Source: Chromera velia
Lineage: Eukaryota
Reading direction: 5' to 3'
Assembly (NCBI GenBank): GCA_018398765.1
Contig: JAHBMJ010000366.1
Location: 62,001 to 126,000, forward strand
DNA: 64,000 bases
Made by a program: the position numbers and the translations under genes. Below the pieces are notes generated by a model. The model saw only the letters and a list, made by a program, of their open reading frames with translations. It did no database searches and had not been told where the DNA came from. Numbering within the stretch: the first letter of the stretch is position 1; each line of letters starts with the position of its first letter. Of the stretch, positions 25,951 through 39,600 are shown one piece after another.

Positions 25951-28227
25951 GAAGGGAGACCCAGAGGACTCCACAGAGGAACGAACAGAAAAGAAAAGGA
26001 AGGACGGAGGAAAGGAAAGAAGGAGGGATCAGAACGAGAAAAGACCGCCTCTGCCCATGCTGATCGAAGACAAGAGAGTCAACATGGACGGCACAACATG
26101 ACAAAAAACAAATGCCTTCACCGACCTTCTGCTGGCCCTCTCCGACTGTTTGTCTCTGAGGGCGTCTCAAGAGGTTGTCTCAGACGAGAGGAAGAAGAAG
26201 AAGAAGACGACGAGGAAGGGACCAGCACCAGATAGGGGGTCCTCATCCACCCAGAGGAAGCTGCTGAAAGAGAAGAAGAAGAAGAGTCCGGTTGTCCACC
26301 AAAAGAGGAAGCGGAGCTTGAGGAGGAACCCTTTTCTTCTTCTGCTCGATGTGTGTCCACTCCCTCGGAGGCACACATTTCGGGATCCTCCCCTTCTCGG
26401 TCGTCGTCCGGTCGCTTCAGGGGTGGCAAGGCACTCACCCCATTCTTCTCCTGACTGTCGTCGTTTTCCTCTGCCATCTCAGACGACTCTCCCCCATCCC
26501 CTTCAAGATCTCTCTGCTCCTGCAACGATTTTAGCAGCAATCCAACCAGAGACACATGCACACCCATCGATTGGATCAATCAACAAACAAAGAATGCTCA
26601 GCAGACAGAGTACACGCATGCGACCAAGTTGCTGTCCGCAAAGCGAAAGAAAGAAAACATGGAGGAGAAGCCTAGAATGAAGAAGAAGAAGAAGAACAAG
26701 AAGAAGAAGAAGAAGCAGAAGAAGAAGAAGAAGAAGAAGAGGAAGAGGAAGACGAAGAAGAAGAAGAAGAAGAAGAAGAAGAAGAAGAAGCGGAAGAAGA
26801 AGCGGAAGGAGAAGCAGAAGAAGAAGCAGAAGAAGAAGCAGACAAAGAAGAAGCGGAAGAAGCAGAAGAAGAAGAAGAAGCGCGCACAATTGGACAACGC
26901 GGCAGAGGGCAGACACACGCGAGCAACACACGAACCGACGTGGATCTCAAACCGCGCTGACTGAACAGTCATTCATTCATTCATTCATTCTTTCCTTTCC
27001 GTTCCACGCTAAGATGTGTCATTTCTTTGGTGCATGTGCATTTCTTTTTGGAGAAGTACTGGACCGTCGGACTGACGTGATGGAAGGAAGAGCGAAGCAC
27101 GCCATCAGAGGTCTTCATCTCCCCCCCCCCTTCACTCTTGCGGCCTGCAAAAGAATTTTGAAGCCCGCAGCTCGTCTGTTCATCCACAAAGACATCAAAG
27201 CTCAAGTCTGCCTCAACCTGCTGCGCCTCTTCTCCGTGTCTCTCCTGCTCCTGTTCAGGATCCGCCTCTCCATCTCTCTCCCTTTCCTGAACCCAGCACT
27301 TCCGTCTGTCTCTGTCCCTGTCTCTGTCTCTGTCTGGACCTATGCATTTTCTTCCCTTCCTCTCACTCATGACGTCAGGAGAGCGAGAAGGCACAACGGA
27401 CAAGCGAACAACAGAGCCCGAAGAAAGAGACCCTTGCTTGGCCTTCCCGTCGTTTGACCATTTGGAAAGAGCTCTCAAGTCCGAGTTCCCCATGCAGTCA
27501 GACGGGGTGTCATCTGCTCCTGCTTCTTCTGTTTTTGTCTCCTTCTTTCCATCTCTCACACAGACCCCCCTGCCGGATGGACCCGCCACAGTCCTGTCGG
27601 AACCTCTCACCGCAGAGTCTCTCCCACCTCCTTTTTGATCACTGTATGAAGGCCCCTCCGTTGTCCTCGTCATGCTGCTGCTGCTGCCTCTTTCTAGGCC
27701 ACCTGCCTGCACCGTCTCCCTCTCCCTGCTGCCCTGGTCGAGCCCCCCTCTTCCCTCAGGGTCGGCGTCTCGGCCCCCTCCTGCAGGCGCCCCCCCACGC
27801 CCGCTCCGATGTGCTGCCGTGAGTGCGACTGGGAGCGTGGGTTCATCTCTGAAGACGTCGAAGTCGAACCGCCCACCCTCGTTCGAGATCACTGCAGCCT
27901 CTAGGGCGATCTGCAGACCTGCACAACAACAAAGGAAGCAAGCAGGGAAGAAAGGAAGACAGCAGTCATGCAAAGGTTGAGGACAAGACTTGAAGAGAAA
28001 AGGAGAGGCTGAAAAAGGATAAGAACGAGAGAAAATGAGAGGCTGAAAAAGGATAAGAACGAGAGAAAACGAGAGGCTGAAAAAGCATCAGAACGGAAGT
28101 CTGTGCGCTTAAGCAGACAGCTTGAGGGTGTCAAAAGCATCAGGGAAGAGAACAAGCTTGCTGTATGTCTCCAGATTTCCAGTATCAAGACAGACAGAAT
28201 GACACACAGACAGACAGACAGACAGAC

Positions 28228-28263
<36 letters not shown>

Positions 28264-29226
28264 CACGGGACGGCGTTTGTTCAGGAGTTTCCCTTCGCTC
28301 CGCCTCGAGGCCATTCTCACCCCCACCACCATACACGTCCTCTACCTCCTGCAAATCTCGGGACTCCCCCGCCCCGCCCCTTCCCCTTCGCCGTCCCCCT
28401 CCCCCTCCCACAGAGTGGCGCGAAGAGACAGCCGAAGGGGGCCCTGCATAGCATTGTATTCCATAGTATATCCATAGCATGTATGCAGACACCCACTGAC
28501 TCCCATGCAGTTAGTCGAACATTTAGCTTATCGATCCGAGACGAAAAAGTCATCAGAGCATGCGGCAGCGCGGAAAATGAAGAAAAGGATTGCGTCAGAG
28601 AGAGAAAATGTGTCGATCCATTATTGTTTCTCCTGTTGACCCTTTTCATGCACCGATCCAGAAAAACGTGCACTCTGCCTGCCTGCCTGCTGCTTACCGT
28701 TGCTGCCTGGTGGAATGGACGATCTGTTCGTGGAGGCAAGAGAAGGGCGTCGATGAATTCTGTGGAAGGAGGAACGAGAAAGAGACGACCGAGGGGAAGC
28801 AGCAGCAAGAGGCGATGCCGCGGCGGGAGACGGCGGGAGGGCCAGTTCTAGTTCAGAAAGGGCCGATCGTCTTTCTCCGTCTCCGTCTCTGTTTCTGCTG
28901 CTGCCTGTGCTGTCTCTGCTGCCCCCCTGTCCCGAGACGCCTCTGGACCCCCTCTGTGGACCGTCCTCCTGCATGCATCCACATCTCAATTCATCATTCC
29001 TTTATCTCTCGATGATCATGCAGGCATGCCTACATGCCTACACCTTTCTTCCTTAATTTTCTCTCGCGTGCCTGACAGACTGAAGGATCCTCTCCTCCCT
29101 CTGTTCCTGTTTTGAATTCCCGACTGCGCATCCATCCATCAATCCTTCCCGACATGGGGGCACCGTCCCTCGCGCCTCTCCTCTTCTCTTTGTCACTACG
29201 CAAACATGTATGCATGCATACACGTG

Positions 29227-29257
<31 letters not shown>

Positions 29258-29732
29258 TGGTGTGTGTGCGTGATTACCTTTCACAATTTGGCCTTCTGTC
29301 AATCCGTCTTTTTGCAGAACGCGAAAATGGAGAAAAACCAGCCAGCCAAAAAAAGCCAACGCATCGTGAAGGAAGGAAGAACCAACGAACCAACCCACCT
29401 ACTTACAGCAATGTGGAAGTTTTCATCCCCCCCGTCCTCCTCTTCCACTCCCTCGTCGCTCTCCTCCTCTGCCCCCCCATGTCCCGAAGAAGAATCTCTT
29501 CCCTTGTCGTCCTGCCGCCCCGCTCGTCCTCGCCTCCTCCGGCTCAGCAGAGAGATCAGAGGAGAAACAGCAGAGGAAGAGGAGCCTCCTCTTGCTGAAT
29601 CTCTGCGGTCTCTCCCTGTCCCCAGAACTGCTCGATCTCCTACGGGCCTCTCGCCTGCAGGCAGGCAGGCAGGCAAGCAGGCAGGCAGGCAGGCAAGCAG
29701 GCAGAGCGACGATCAAAAGAGACAGACAGACA

Positions 29733-29763
<31 letters not shown>

Positions 29764-32700
29764 GGACAGACAGAGAGACAGAGAGACAGAGAGACAGACA
29801 GACAATACGACAGACAGAGAGACAGGCAGAGAGACAGACAAAACGGCATCCATACATGCAAGTTGCGTGCATCCTTGTGCCATATGGTTTTTGCACTCAT
29901 TCATCCTCCCTCGATCCGTGCACATGAACGAACGACCGGACGTTCTGTCCCTCTTCCCTTGACTTCCCTTCCCTTTCTCTCTCATTGTGTTTGCCTTCCT
30001 TTCTCTCTCTTTCCGCAAACGCTCCCCCCTCGCGGCTGCATGGGTGTCAGAGAGAACCGAAAGACGACATACAGGGGGGCCCCGCGTCCATGCATGCACC
30101 AAGGTTGCCTGCCGGCCACATGCAAAAAAGGACCTATTCCTTCCTTCCTTCCTTCCTGCGCACCTTGCAGGAGGGCCGCTGCCCCTTGCACAAGATTCTG
30201 TGATTTCTCGACGATCGATAGAGAAGAGAGGAAAGGGTCAATCAAGAAAAAACAATAGGAGGGCGCCTCCTTTTTCTGCGCGCCTCCTGAGTATGTTAGA
30301 GTCACAAAGCTGGGAAGGAGTGGACGAAAAGCGGAAGCAAAGCCTTCAATGACTGTTCCTTGCTCTGCAGAGAAGCAATGATTGAGAGAGTCAGACCACA
30401 CAGAAGGAAAATCCAACAAACAAACGAACGAACGAACGGACCTATGAACATTCCGATCCTTTCAAGGTTCCCTCCTGCTTGCCTCCTGTCAAAGTTGCAG
30501 TTGTTGTTGCGTGCACTCTGCTGGTGATGGTCCCTCGCTTGAGTCGACGAGTCCTTTCCTTTTTCCCCCTTTCCCAACCCCGCCTCTGGCAGGTTCTTTG
30601 AAGAGAAAGAGGAAGGCGAAGAAGGCGATGAAGAGGCGTTGAAGGAAGGGGGAAGGTCAACAGACTGAGAGGGAGCTTGAAGATGAAAACGCTCCTTCGC
30701 CTTTGACGTCTCGTTGAGGGCACCCACAGGATGGATGCCCATCTCCCTCGAGGCACCTCCTCTGGCGGTATGAGAGTTGGCGTCTCTCCGCTCTTCCCCT
30801 CTTTCTTCCCCCCTTTCTCTCCCAAAGCCTGCTTTCTGGGTGTGTGATGAAGAGAGAGATTGGGGTCTCTCTTCAAAGTTGTGATTGGAAGGGCGAGAGG
30901 GGGGAGCAGCGAGTGGTCTGACGGTACACGTGCTACCCTTCCCTGAAGAGGGCAGAGAGTGAACACTCGAAAGGGGTCGAGAACCAGACGGAAGAACGGG
31001 GGGTCGATTGCTGCCCTGAGAACCGAAAGAGGCCACGGGGGCGGAGAAACGGGGGGAAGATCTCTCCCGTCCCATCTGTGGACGATCGGTCTTTTCATCT
31101 TCTCCTTTTCTTTGCTTCTGCGCTTGCTTCAGGCCTCTCTCTTGAGATGATCTGGCGAGTGAGAGCGGAGAGTCGATGTCCTCCTTTTCCTTCACTGTCT
31201 GTTTGTTGAGAAGAGAGTGTGCGAATGAGAGAGAGAAAGGGGCGGCTGCCGTGGAGGAAGTAGGGTCGTCGAGAAAGACGGAGAAGGAATGCTCTGAGGA
31301 GGGGGGAGGGGAAGGAGAGGGATAGGAACCTGGGGGGGGGGTGTGTGCCTAAAGGGTTTTTGGGGTTCTTTTTCGAGGGATGAGAATATTTGCTGCCGGG
31401 GAGGAGAGACGGTACTTCTCTAGAAGAAGAAGATGACGCAACTCGGGTGTCCTTTTCTTGAAGACCGGCAGGGCAATCCAAAGAAGAAAGGGAAGCGCCG
31501 GGAGGGGGGGGGGCATCGTCGCCGTTAATTTTGTGTAGAGATTGAGTGAGGCAGTCGTCGTCTCTGAAGACAGAGAAATTTTTGGTGTCTGACACTGACG
31601 GCGGTGTGAGGGACGAGACAGAAGGACAAGAGGCAGAGGCAGCCTGCCGAGCTGTGCGAAGAAGAATCGACCGAAGGGGATGGGGGCCCGAGGAGGAGGC
31701 GGAAGACGGTATGCTCAACCCTTCTGATTCTGGGGGGTCTCCCTGCTGTTGATCTTTTGTTCCACTGTCCACTCTCCCCCCCCTACGCTCAGTAGTCCAT
31801 TTCTCCATACTCTCTCTGTCTCCGTCTCCTGCGTCCCTCCCTCCAGGACCTCCGTCTTTCTCTTTCTCTCCTCGGCAGAAAAGAGACAAAACAACTTCTT
31901 TGTGATCATCGTGCTGACCCTGATCCTGATCTGCCTCTGTATTTGTAGAATGAAGAGGAAAGGGGGGTTTGCTGCTTCTGCTTCTGTTTCTGTTGGAGGA
32001 AGAACTGTCGTTCATCTGCCCCCCCATGACGACGAAGTCCTCCTCTGTCTGTCTCGATTCGACCCTTCGGGTGTGGGTGGAATTTCCTCTTTCTGTCTTC
32101 AAGAACAGCCATCTCTCCCGCCTCTCCTCAAAAGAAACGGAAGGGTCCTCACCACAAGCAAAACGGGCCACAAGGTGAACCTCCAGCCTCCGGTCAGGCT
32201 GCTGTATGATGACTTCTGCTGGCCCTGCAGCACCAACAGACTCCTCATCATTTCCGCCCTGTGAGGTGAGGCCGTGCAGTTTGTTTTCTTCCTCCTCCTC
32301 TCGTTTCAGTGATGGCGGGAGCAGTACCACCCCTGTGCCGAAATCTCTCTGTTTCCCTTTCTTCCCCTTCGCCTCCCGTCCGCCGGCCTCTTCTGGTCTC
32401 TCTCTCTCCCCCCCCTCCTCACATGGTGACTGCTGCCTGGCTCCCGGGTGGTCCTGCGGGGGGGTGCATGCGGGGGTCCTCAGAAGCTCCAGCCTGGTGC
32501 GGTAGGACTCTGCAGGCAGAAGGGAGAGAAAGAAAAACACAGGCAAAGAGCGGGATATTGGATAGACTTACAGAGTTGATAAGTGTTCTGTTCATGGCAT
32601 TCTCCTCAGACAAACACATTGCGGTCCGTCCAGCAGGACCAAAAACAATGAAGATGCCCGGATGGGTGGACGCGTACCTCGATCGCTTTTGTGATTGGGC

Positions 32701-33557
32701 GCGCAGTTGCGGGGTTGGTGGGTGGGGGGCAAAAAAAGGCAGGAGAAAGAAGTGAGGGTTGAAAACGTGAGGAAGGAGAGGAAGGAAGGAAGGTGCGTTG
32801 GGGGGTCAGTGGTGTCTTCCGATGGTCGACATACATCTTTTTCTCTGTCACCCTGTGTGTGGGGGGTGGGGGGGTGGGGGGGCGGATTCGATAAACGATA
32901 ATGTTGGGCCCCCGACAGCAAAGGAAATCGAAGTGAGCTGAAGACAGTCAATGGATCTTTCGACGCAACGAACGATACGTCCATGCATGTGAGTGTGAAT
33001 GTACACAAATAGCCAATGAGCCTGTCTATACATGGGAAGATGTATGTATCGAAGACGAGCAAAAAAAACAAGAAAAGAAAAGAAGAGCAAAGAAAGGGTC
33101 CTTTCCTCGTTTGTATGAATACATACCTTGAGGGGGACGAGACGGCATCCGGTTCCCTCCTCCCCTCCTGCGTCTGTCGTCCATCCTGCAGAGAAAATTC
33201 GACTGCGCACTCTCCAACTCTGCCCGCTCTCTCGAGGCACCACGAGACTCCAGGGAGAGTAATCCTGAGGGAATGCAGGGGCAAGCAAGCACGCAGGCGG
33301 CATATATTTTTTTTCTTCTCACTGGTCCGTTCGCCCATGCAGAGAAACACAAACAGCGGCCCCCCCTTACATTTTTCTCCTCCCTCCCTCCCTCCCGCCC
33401 ATCTCCCTAACTAAATCCCTTGCTTGGATGAATCAGGGGGGGGGAATGTCTTTCTTTTTTTTTCAGCATCCTCTCCTCTCGTAGCTGCCCTGTCCCCTGC
33501 CCCCCTCGTCTCGCCTTGCCTTTTCCACTATTCTCTGTCTCTGTCTCTGTCTCTGTC

Positions 33558-33603
<46 letters not shown>

Positions 33604-34771
33604 ATCAAATCAAATCGAAGTCAAGCCGAAATGAAGAAAGACGGAAAGACAAATCCCATGCAGCAAAAGGAACAAACAGACAAAGGAAGGATCCTGCCGT
33701 CTGGCTCGGGAGGGACTTCACCTTGTGAGACCTCAAAAAGAGAGAGACTCAAGTGGCTGAAATGAAGTTAAGTCCGCACAGGCAGAGAGAGAGAGAAAAG
33801 ATGAATAGGTGAGATCCTGTGCAGGCCTGAAAGAGGAGTGCTGTGGGAAAAAAACACGACACACTAATTCATGTATTAATACATTTCCTACCCATTTCTG
33901 AAAAACAAAAACAAAAAAAAACAATCCAACGACCGACCGACTGACCGAGATTGTACACTTCGAGACAATCATGATGCCGCTGAGAAATCTCCAGAGTGAG
34001 GGTCCACCCTTCCCAAAACTTTCGTCTTCCCACCCCGATCCCGTGCCGCCACATTCGTTCGTACAGTTCAATCTGCCGTTCTTGCCCGTCCGTTCTTTTC
34101 ACCTTCCAAAGCCAGATCTGGAAATAGAGGTCGTGGTCCGTGAAGGCAGTCTGGTGCATGAATTGACGTATGGCCCTGTCAATTAGCCTGTCGCACTCCA
34201 ACTGATCAAGAGGATAGGCATTCTTTTGCCACCTGATGTAATCCGCCCACACCTTTAAGGGGCAGTCCTTCTCGCCCTCCTCCCCGTCTCCTTTTTCACT
34301 CTGTATACTCCAGACAGGCTCGGAGCTTTGATCTTCCTCCGGGCTGCTGCCTGTGGGGCTTCCCCTTTTCTCTCTCTGCCTGGCCTGTTCCAACCTCTGC
34401 GCTATGGCCTCCACTCTCCCCTCAAAAAAAAGCTTCGTGACCCTGAGTGTATGTTCACCCTCCTGGAGGGCATCTTGTTCCCTGGCTGTCCCCCTCATTG
34501 CACGCAATCCGCCTTTCGGGACATCCTCCCGATAACGAAGGAAGTCCTCGAAGGAAGAGGCTTGGGAAGACGAGAGGCTAGCGGGAACCGCTTTTTTCTG
34601 TTCTCCCTTTCTGTTCTCATGATGACTCTGGTTTTCGTTTTCTTTCTCGTGCGTCCGGGTTGAGGTTTGGTTTCCTGCCGTACTCCCCCTCCCGTCTTTT
34701 CCCTCCCTCTCCCCACTCCCATTTTTCTCGGTACCCAGGGTACACGTTTTATCCTCGACCCGCATTGGCAT
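18691..34771 (-). CDS. BUB1: BUB1/MadBub spindle-checkpoint kinase, many exons
   Basis: Exon 34771-33946 encodes a Mad3/BUB1 TPR-type domain (DCPLKVWADYIRW...LYERMWRHGIG...FWEGW). GLEBS-like SVSFEERRERW at ~32110-32140. Kinase exons splice in phase: 24396-24284 (LGEGAYG), 23692-23615, 23252-23142 (VALKIQ), 22935-22383, 22035-21960, 20955-20559 (IHGDFRPDN, IDLGRGLD), 19960-19832 (FLCPAMLEGRPW..VDLFALA) and 19154-18691 (KRYW). The central low-complexity exons are not fully resolved. Confidence 0.88.
23671..23968. repeat. Tandem repeat, 3 x 96 bp plus a partial copy
   Basis: Units start at 23671, 23767 and 23863 with a partial at 23959, and are near-identical. The array overlaps the intron/exon boundary of a BUB1 kinase exon. 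Confidence 0.95.
26678..26880. repeat. (GAA)n-type trinucleotide microsatellite, probably intronic in BUB1
   Basis: About 200 bp of imperfect GAA/GCA/GGA triplets. A similar (GAC)n(GAA)n tract lies at ~19555-19640. Confidence 0.85.
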
Positions 34772-35680
34772 TGGAGGGGGACAAGCACGCGTCCTGAGGG
34801 AAAGATACTTGGGTTAGTGCGAGGAGAGAAAGGGAGACGGACAGGTCGACCTCCAGCAGAACGACAAAGAGTCAAGAAGGAGAAAAAACAAAGAACTGCC
34901 AGGGCAGCACCGGTAAGGCGTGTTCAACCAGCAGCAGGAGAAGCACTGCTGGCAAGGCAGGCAAAAGGACTATTAAAATACAAGCCTGCACGACTGCACT
35001 GCCGTCATCCAATGGTGCACTGTTTGGCCGGAAAAACAATTTCCAGAGAACGGGACGGATCGCTCAGCTGATGCCATGGAGCAGGTGGCAATGTGTGGCA
35101 ATCTGACAGCAACAGTGATAATGCTGAAGCAACATGGTGAATTTATGTAGTAATACATACTTTCGTGTCTCTTTGACGATGCATGAAGCGGTCCTGTCAT
35201 GGTCTGTCGTGTCCATGTTGTGTCTTGTCAGACTGACGTTGTGTGACAGTCACACTGTACACATTGTGTGACAGATGTGTGACAGTGGCATCTCGCATTT
35301 TCACGCCGCGGCTTTTCAATGCTTTTCATGGTCCGATTTTCGATGATTTTCGTGCTGTACGCGCGTGACAAATTGAATCAGTCATGCACATGCATGCGCG
35401 CAAAGCGCGCGCAAAGTTGAGAATTGAAAAAAAATGCTAAGAGTACATGCAACATATCGCGATCTTAATTAGTACAGCTAGTATGCATGCGCATGAATGC
35501 AACTATATATAGCTTCGATCTCTTCAATTAATTCGATGCTTCTCTTAATTCACAGAGATATGGCAGCCGACTATATACATGGATTATCGATCACAATGAT
35601 TGACAACAATTAAGGCTGTCAAGTCGAGCGAGGGACCTGAGACTGTTACACACCCAACTGAATTGAATTGACCTGTTGCC

Positions 35681-37220
35681 ATGCCACCACCTCAGACCTC
35701 CGAAAGCCTCCCTTTTCGGACGGACGTGGAAGCCGTCCGTGCTATTGCTCTTCTGCTGGTTTTGTTGTATCACAGTGATGTTCTCGGAAGTGGTTTCCTG
35801 GGTGTTGACATCTTCTTTGTCATCTCAGGTTTCGTCATCACCCGAAATCTTCTCCATGAAAGCAAGTCGCACTCCCGTATCTCGCTTTTGCGTTTTTACG
35901 CCGCACGTTCGGGTCGACTTTTCCCGGCATCTCACTTGTTGTTCATGTCGTTCCTTTTGTACTCTTTTGCGTTTTCGGACCGTTTCCAGCAGTATCATGA
36001 CTCGAAGACTGCGGCACTAGCCTGTGGATTCGGCCTGAATTTTTTCCTCGCTATGACGAGCTTGAACTATCTTCAGGAGGAAGACGTTCTGGACATCCCA
36101 TTTCTTCACTTCTGGTCCCTGAACGTGGAGGAGCAGTTCTACTTCGTCTGGCCTTGTATGCTTTCCCTGTGCTCTGGTAGCCTGTCTTTTGTGACCGCAG
36201 GCTGTGTTGTAGTTCTGGTCTTGTCATTCTCTCTTTCTGTCGCCCTGACAGGAATGGCGCCCTCATGGGCGTTCTACTCCCCGTTCACTCGAGCTTGGCA
36301 ATTCGTTGTCGGGGGTCTCTGTGCCGTCCTCTCCTCCACAGTCAGCACGCCCCCGTCGCTGCAGTTGCCGCTGCAAGTCGCGGCGCTCGTCCTGTTCGGG
36401 GTGACCCTCATGGTGGTTGACGAGACGACTCCCTGGCCTGGGTGGGCGGCGCTACTGCCGACCCTTGTGACCACCTTGTTCATCTTCGGCTTTGAGACAC
36501 CGAACGAAAACGAGGGACACAGATACGAGACAGTATCTCAGGAGGATGTGGGAGACGGGGGGACGGCCGAGAGGGATTCAGGCGATAAGGGATGCCAGTG
36601 GACGGTCTTTTTCGCTCGGGTAGCGAATTGCTTGAGGGCAGGGCTGTGTAATCCCCTGCTCCTTTTTGTCGGCAAGGTCTCATACAGCGTGTATTTGTGG
36701 CACTGGCCGTTGCTCGTCTTCACTTTCAGGCAAGTAACCGCCAGTCCACTCCTGAAAGTGGTCGTGTGTCTCGCGGCCTTTGTTCCAAGCTGGGTCTCTT
36801 TTCGACTGTTGGAGACACCCATTCGCAAGTTGGCAAAGAAAAGTCGCTCACCAGGGCGGGTTGCCCTCCTCGCACTGCTGTCCGTCGTCCTTGTCGTTGG
36901 GATGAATCTGGCTCTGTGCAGCTATTCCTCTCGGGTGGATCTTCCTGCAGTAAGTGAGCTGTGCTTCTCTCTCGATCTTCTCTCTCTGCAGGCAAATTGT
37001 GGTCTCCTCTCACGAACAGTCTGAAAAATGCCGTACCAGTCAAGTATCACCGTTTCAGTCAATTGGCTGCACGTTTCTGCTTCCCGAACCGGCCTCTCCC
37101 TCCCATCGGATTCAAAGCCCTTCCTGCCTGCAAAAAGAAAAAAAAACAGACAAACGGACAGACAGACAGACAGGCAGGCAGGCAGGCAGGCAGACAGACA
37201 GACAGACAGGCAGGCAAATA

Positions 37221-37277
<57 letters not shown>

Positions 37278-38365
37278 GTGCAAGGAAAATTGAATTGCTC
37301 GGTGCCTGCAGAGCGATTCTTTCACTGCAATCGCCCCTTCTGAGCCGTTGGAGGAGGGGGGGCAGCTGATAGACGGGGTTACTTTTCAAGCGAACGAAGC
37401 CGCTTCACCGGCTGTTGGAGCAGATGGGGGAGCGCTGTCGGTGAACGGCACCCTGACGGAAACGAGTGCTGATCAAGCCAAGGAGGCCTCTTCAGCGACA
37501 GACAGAGCGGATTCGGGAGCTCTGAGTGGGTCGACAGGGGTCACGTCGGGGGTGATCCAAGTGCACAAAAGTCGGCCAAACCAAAACCCAAAGAGCTCTG
37601 AGGTGATTAATCCCCAGTACAACCCGCTTACCTACGCACCGAATCGCGACAATTGGTGCGCGAAAAAACTACCGTGCGATCAAAGTGGCTGCGCACCCGT
37701 GGAGAGTTTGTCCTTCTGCGCCTTTGAGAGCCTGACACCAGCAAAGAACTGCCGGCCCCTCTCTCCAAAGGCGCTGATGGAAGAAGAAGGACCAATACTT
37801 GTCGCATTTGGAGATTCCCACCTCTACCATTTGCTCGGCAGGGTCTTCCTCTGGGCGCAGTCCCGCTCACTCAAACTGCGATACTCCGTGCACTCCGGAT
37901 GTCCTGCAGAGGACACGGCAACACTGAGACAGTGCCGAGGGCGCGGCAAGGGCTGGGACCCTTTCAAAGGGTGCGAAAGTTTTCAGAAAAATTGGCTGAA
38001 ATTTGCAATCGACGCCATTTCACTCGGAGGCATGTCGGGTAGGATGATTGTGCTTCTGTCGTCAGGGCTCTTTCCGGAAACCCCCACTGTTGCACGAATT
38101 GGTCCAGGTGGCGGGTTTGCCGGTGAGCGGCTTAGCAGCGCAGAATCTATAATCGCTGAGTCCGACAAGGGGTGGGTGAGGACTCTGTCTCAGACGGTGG
38201 CGTCCAAAGTTCCAGTGATGATCATTGCTGACAACCCCCACGCGCCACAAAACCTGCAGGTGGGTCGGTCGGTCGGTCTTCATGTCAGGCAGGCAGCTCA
38301 CCTTTGCATCAGATGGTCGCATGGGGTCTTTCTGGGGTCTCTGTATCTCTCTCTCTCTTTGTATG

Positions 38366-38416
<51 letters not shown>

Positions 38417-39564
38417 CCAGTGCAGCTAGGCATGCTATACGTCTAGTTTGTTTGTTTGCTTATTTCCTTTCCAATTCAATCTGGCCATCTCTCCCCCCAA
38501 CCGCACCTCACCGCTAGCTGAGAGCTCTTCCTTCTCTCCGTGTTGCGAGTTGTGCAGACGACTCTCTCTTTTGTTTTTGTCGTTGGTCCTGCAGGGCATC
38601 TAAGACTGCTCGCCTGTTGCTGTGTGCTTGCTTGTCTGTGATTCTGTCCCTCGATCCCCCCCCATGCATGTATGTGTGTGTGTGTATTTATGCATGTATG
38701 TATGTACGTATGTATGTATGTTTGCATGTCTGTATGCATGTATGTATGTATGCATGTATAGCGTGCACTGAAAGACAAACAGACTGGGCGACTGGCACGG
38801 AAAGCAAGTCCAAGAGAAAAAGGGTACCTCCCCGGAGACGCAGACATTTTTCCTTCCTATCTTTCCATGAAAAGGCAGGCAGGAAAGCATGGAGACAGGG
38901 AAAGAGGGGCGTAGGGAGGCGCGCAGGGTAGCAAGGAGGAAGGCAAGGAGACGGAAAGGCAGAGAGGCAAGCATGCCTGGAAGGCAGGAAGACAGGGAGA
39001 GAGGGAGGCAAGGAGACAGGCAGAAGGAGCGGAAGGAATGGAAGGAAGCAGATAGGCAAGCAGCCAGATAGCCCGGTTGGTTGAGAGGGGGGAAGAAGGA
39101 AGCGGAATGCAGTAGAATGAATACAAGAAAGTACGACGTTGGAATTGAAGGGAGGTCTATAGGGGGTTACTTCGTGTGGGCGGAGGAAGGAGGCGGCGTT
39201 TGAGGGCATTCAGATTCGTTAATTTTGCTTTGATGACCACCTGCTCCTTTCTTTCACTAACTCACTGACTTTCACTCAGGGAACCTTGCTTCCTTTCTTC
39301 CTTCATGTGTGTGCATGCAGAAATGTTACTCAACAAACAGAAATCATGCCACGAAGTGCGATTACGATTGGGACCCTCCTCAGCTGCCCTTACGGGCTGG
39401 AGTTGCGGCTGCGCACCCTGACCTCGTTACGTTGGTCGATCTTTCTCCGTACTACTGCTACTTTCGGGAGGGCTCTTCTTCTTTGAGGAGATGTAAGGCT
39501 GTAGTCGACCACTGGCCGGTGCTCGTCAGGCAGGACCACTATTCAAAACAGTTTGTAGGAACAG

Positions 39565-39600
<36 letters not shown>

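Noticed and set aside
26503..26972. Poly-Lys, poly-Leu, poly-Phe and poly-Ser ORFs
   Set aside because: They are translations of a (GAA)n microsatellite.
28003..28085. 34-bp tandem repeat (~2.5 copies)
   Set aside because: An ordinary intronic slippage repeat with no evident functional overlap.
38594..38603. Alternative AT3-SGNH acceptor giving an immediate stop (GGC ATC TAA)
   Set aside because: It would drop the His-containing SGNH block; the exon at 39321 continues the domain in phase.
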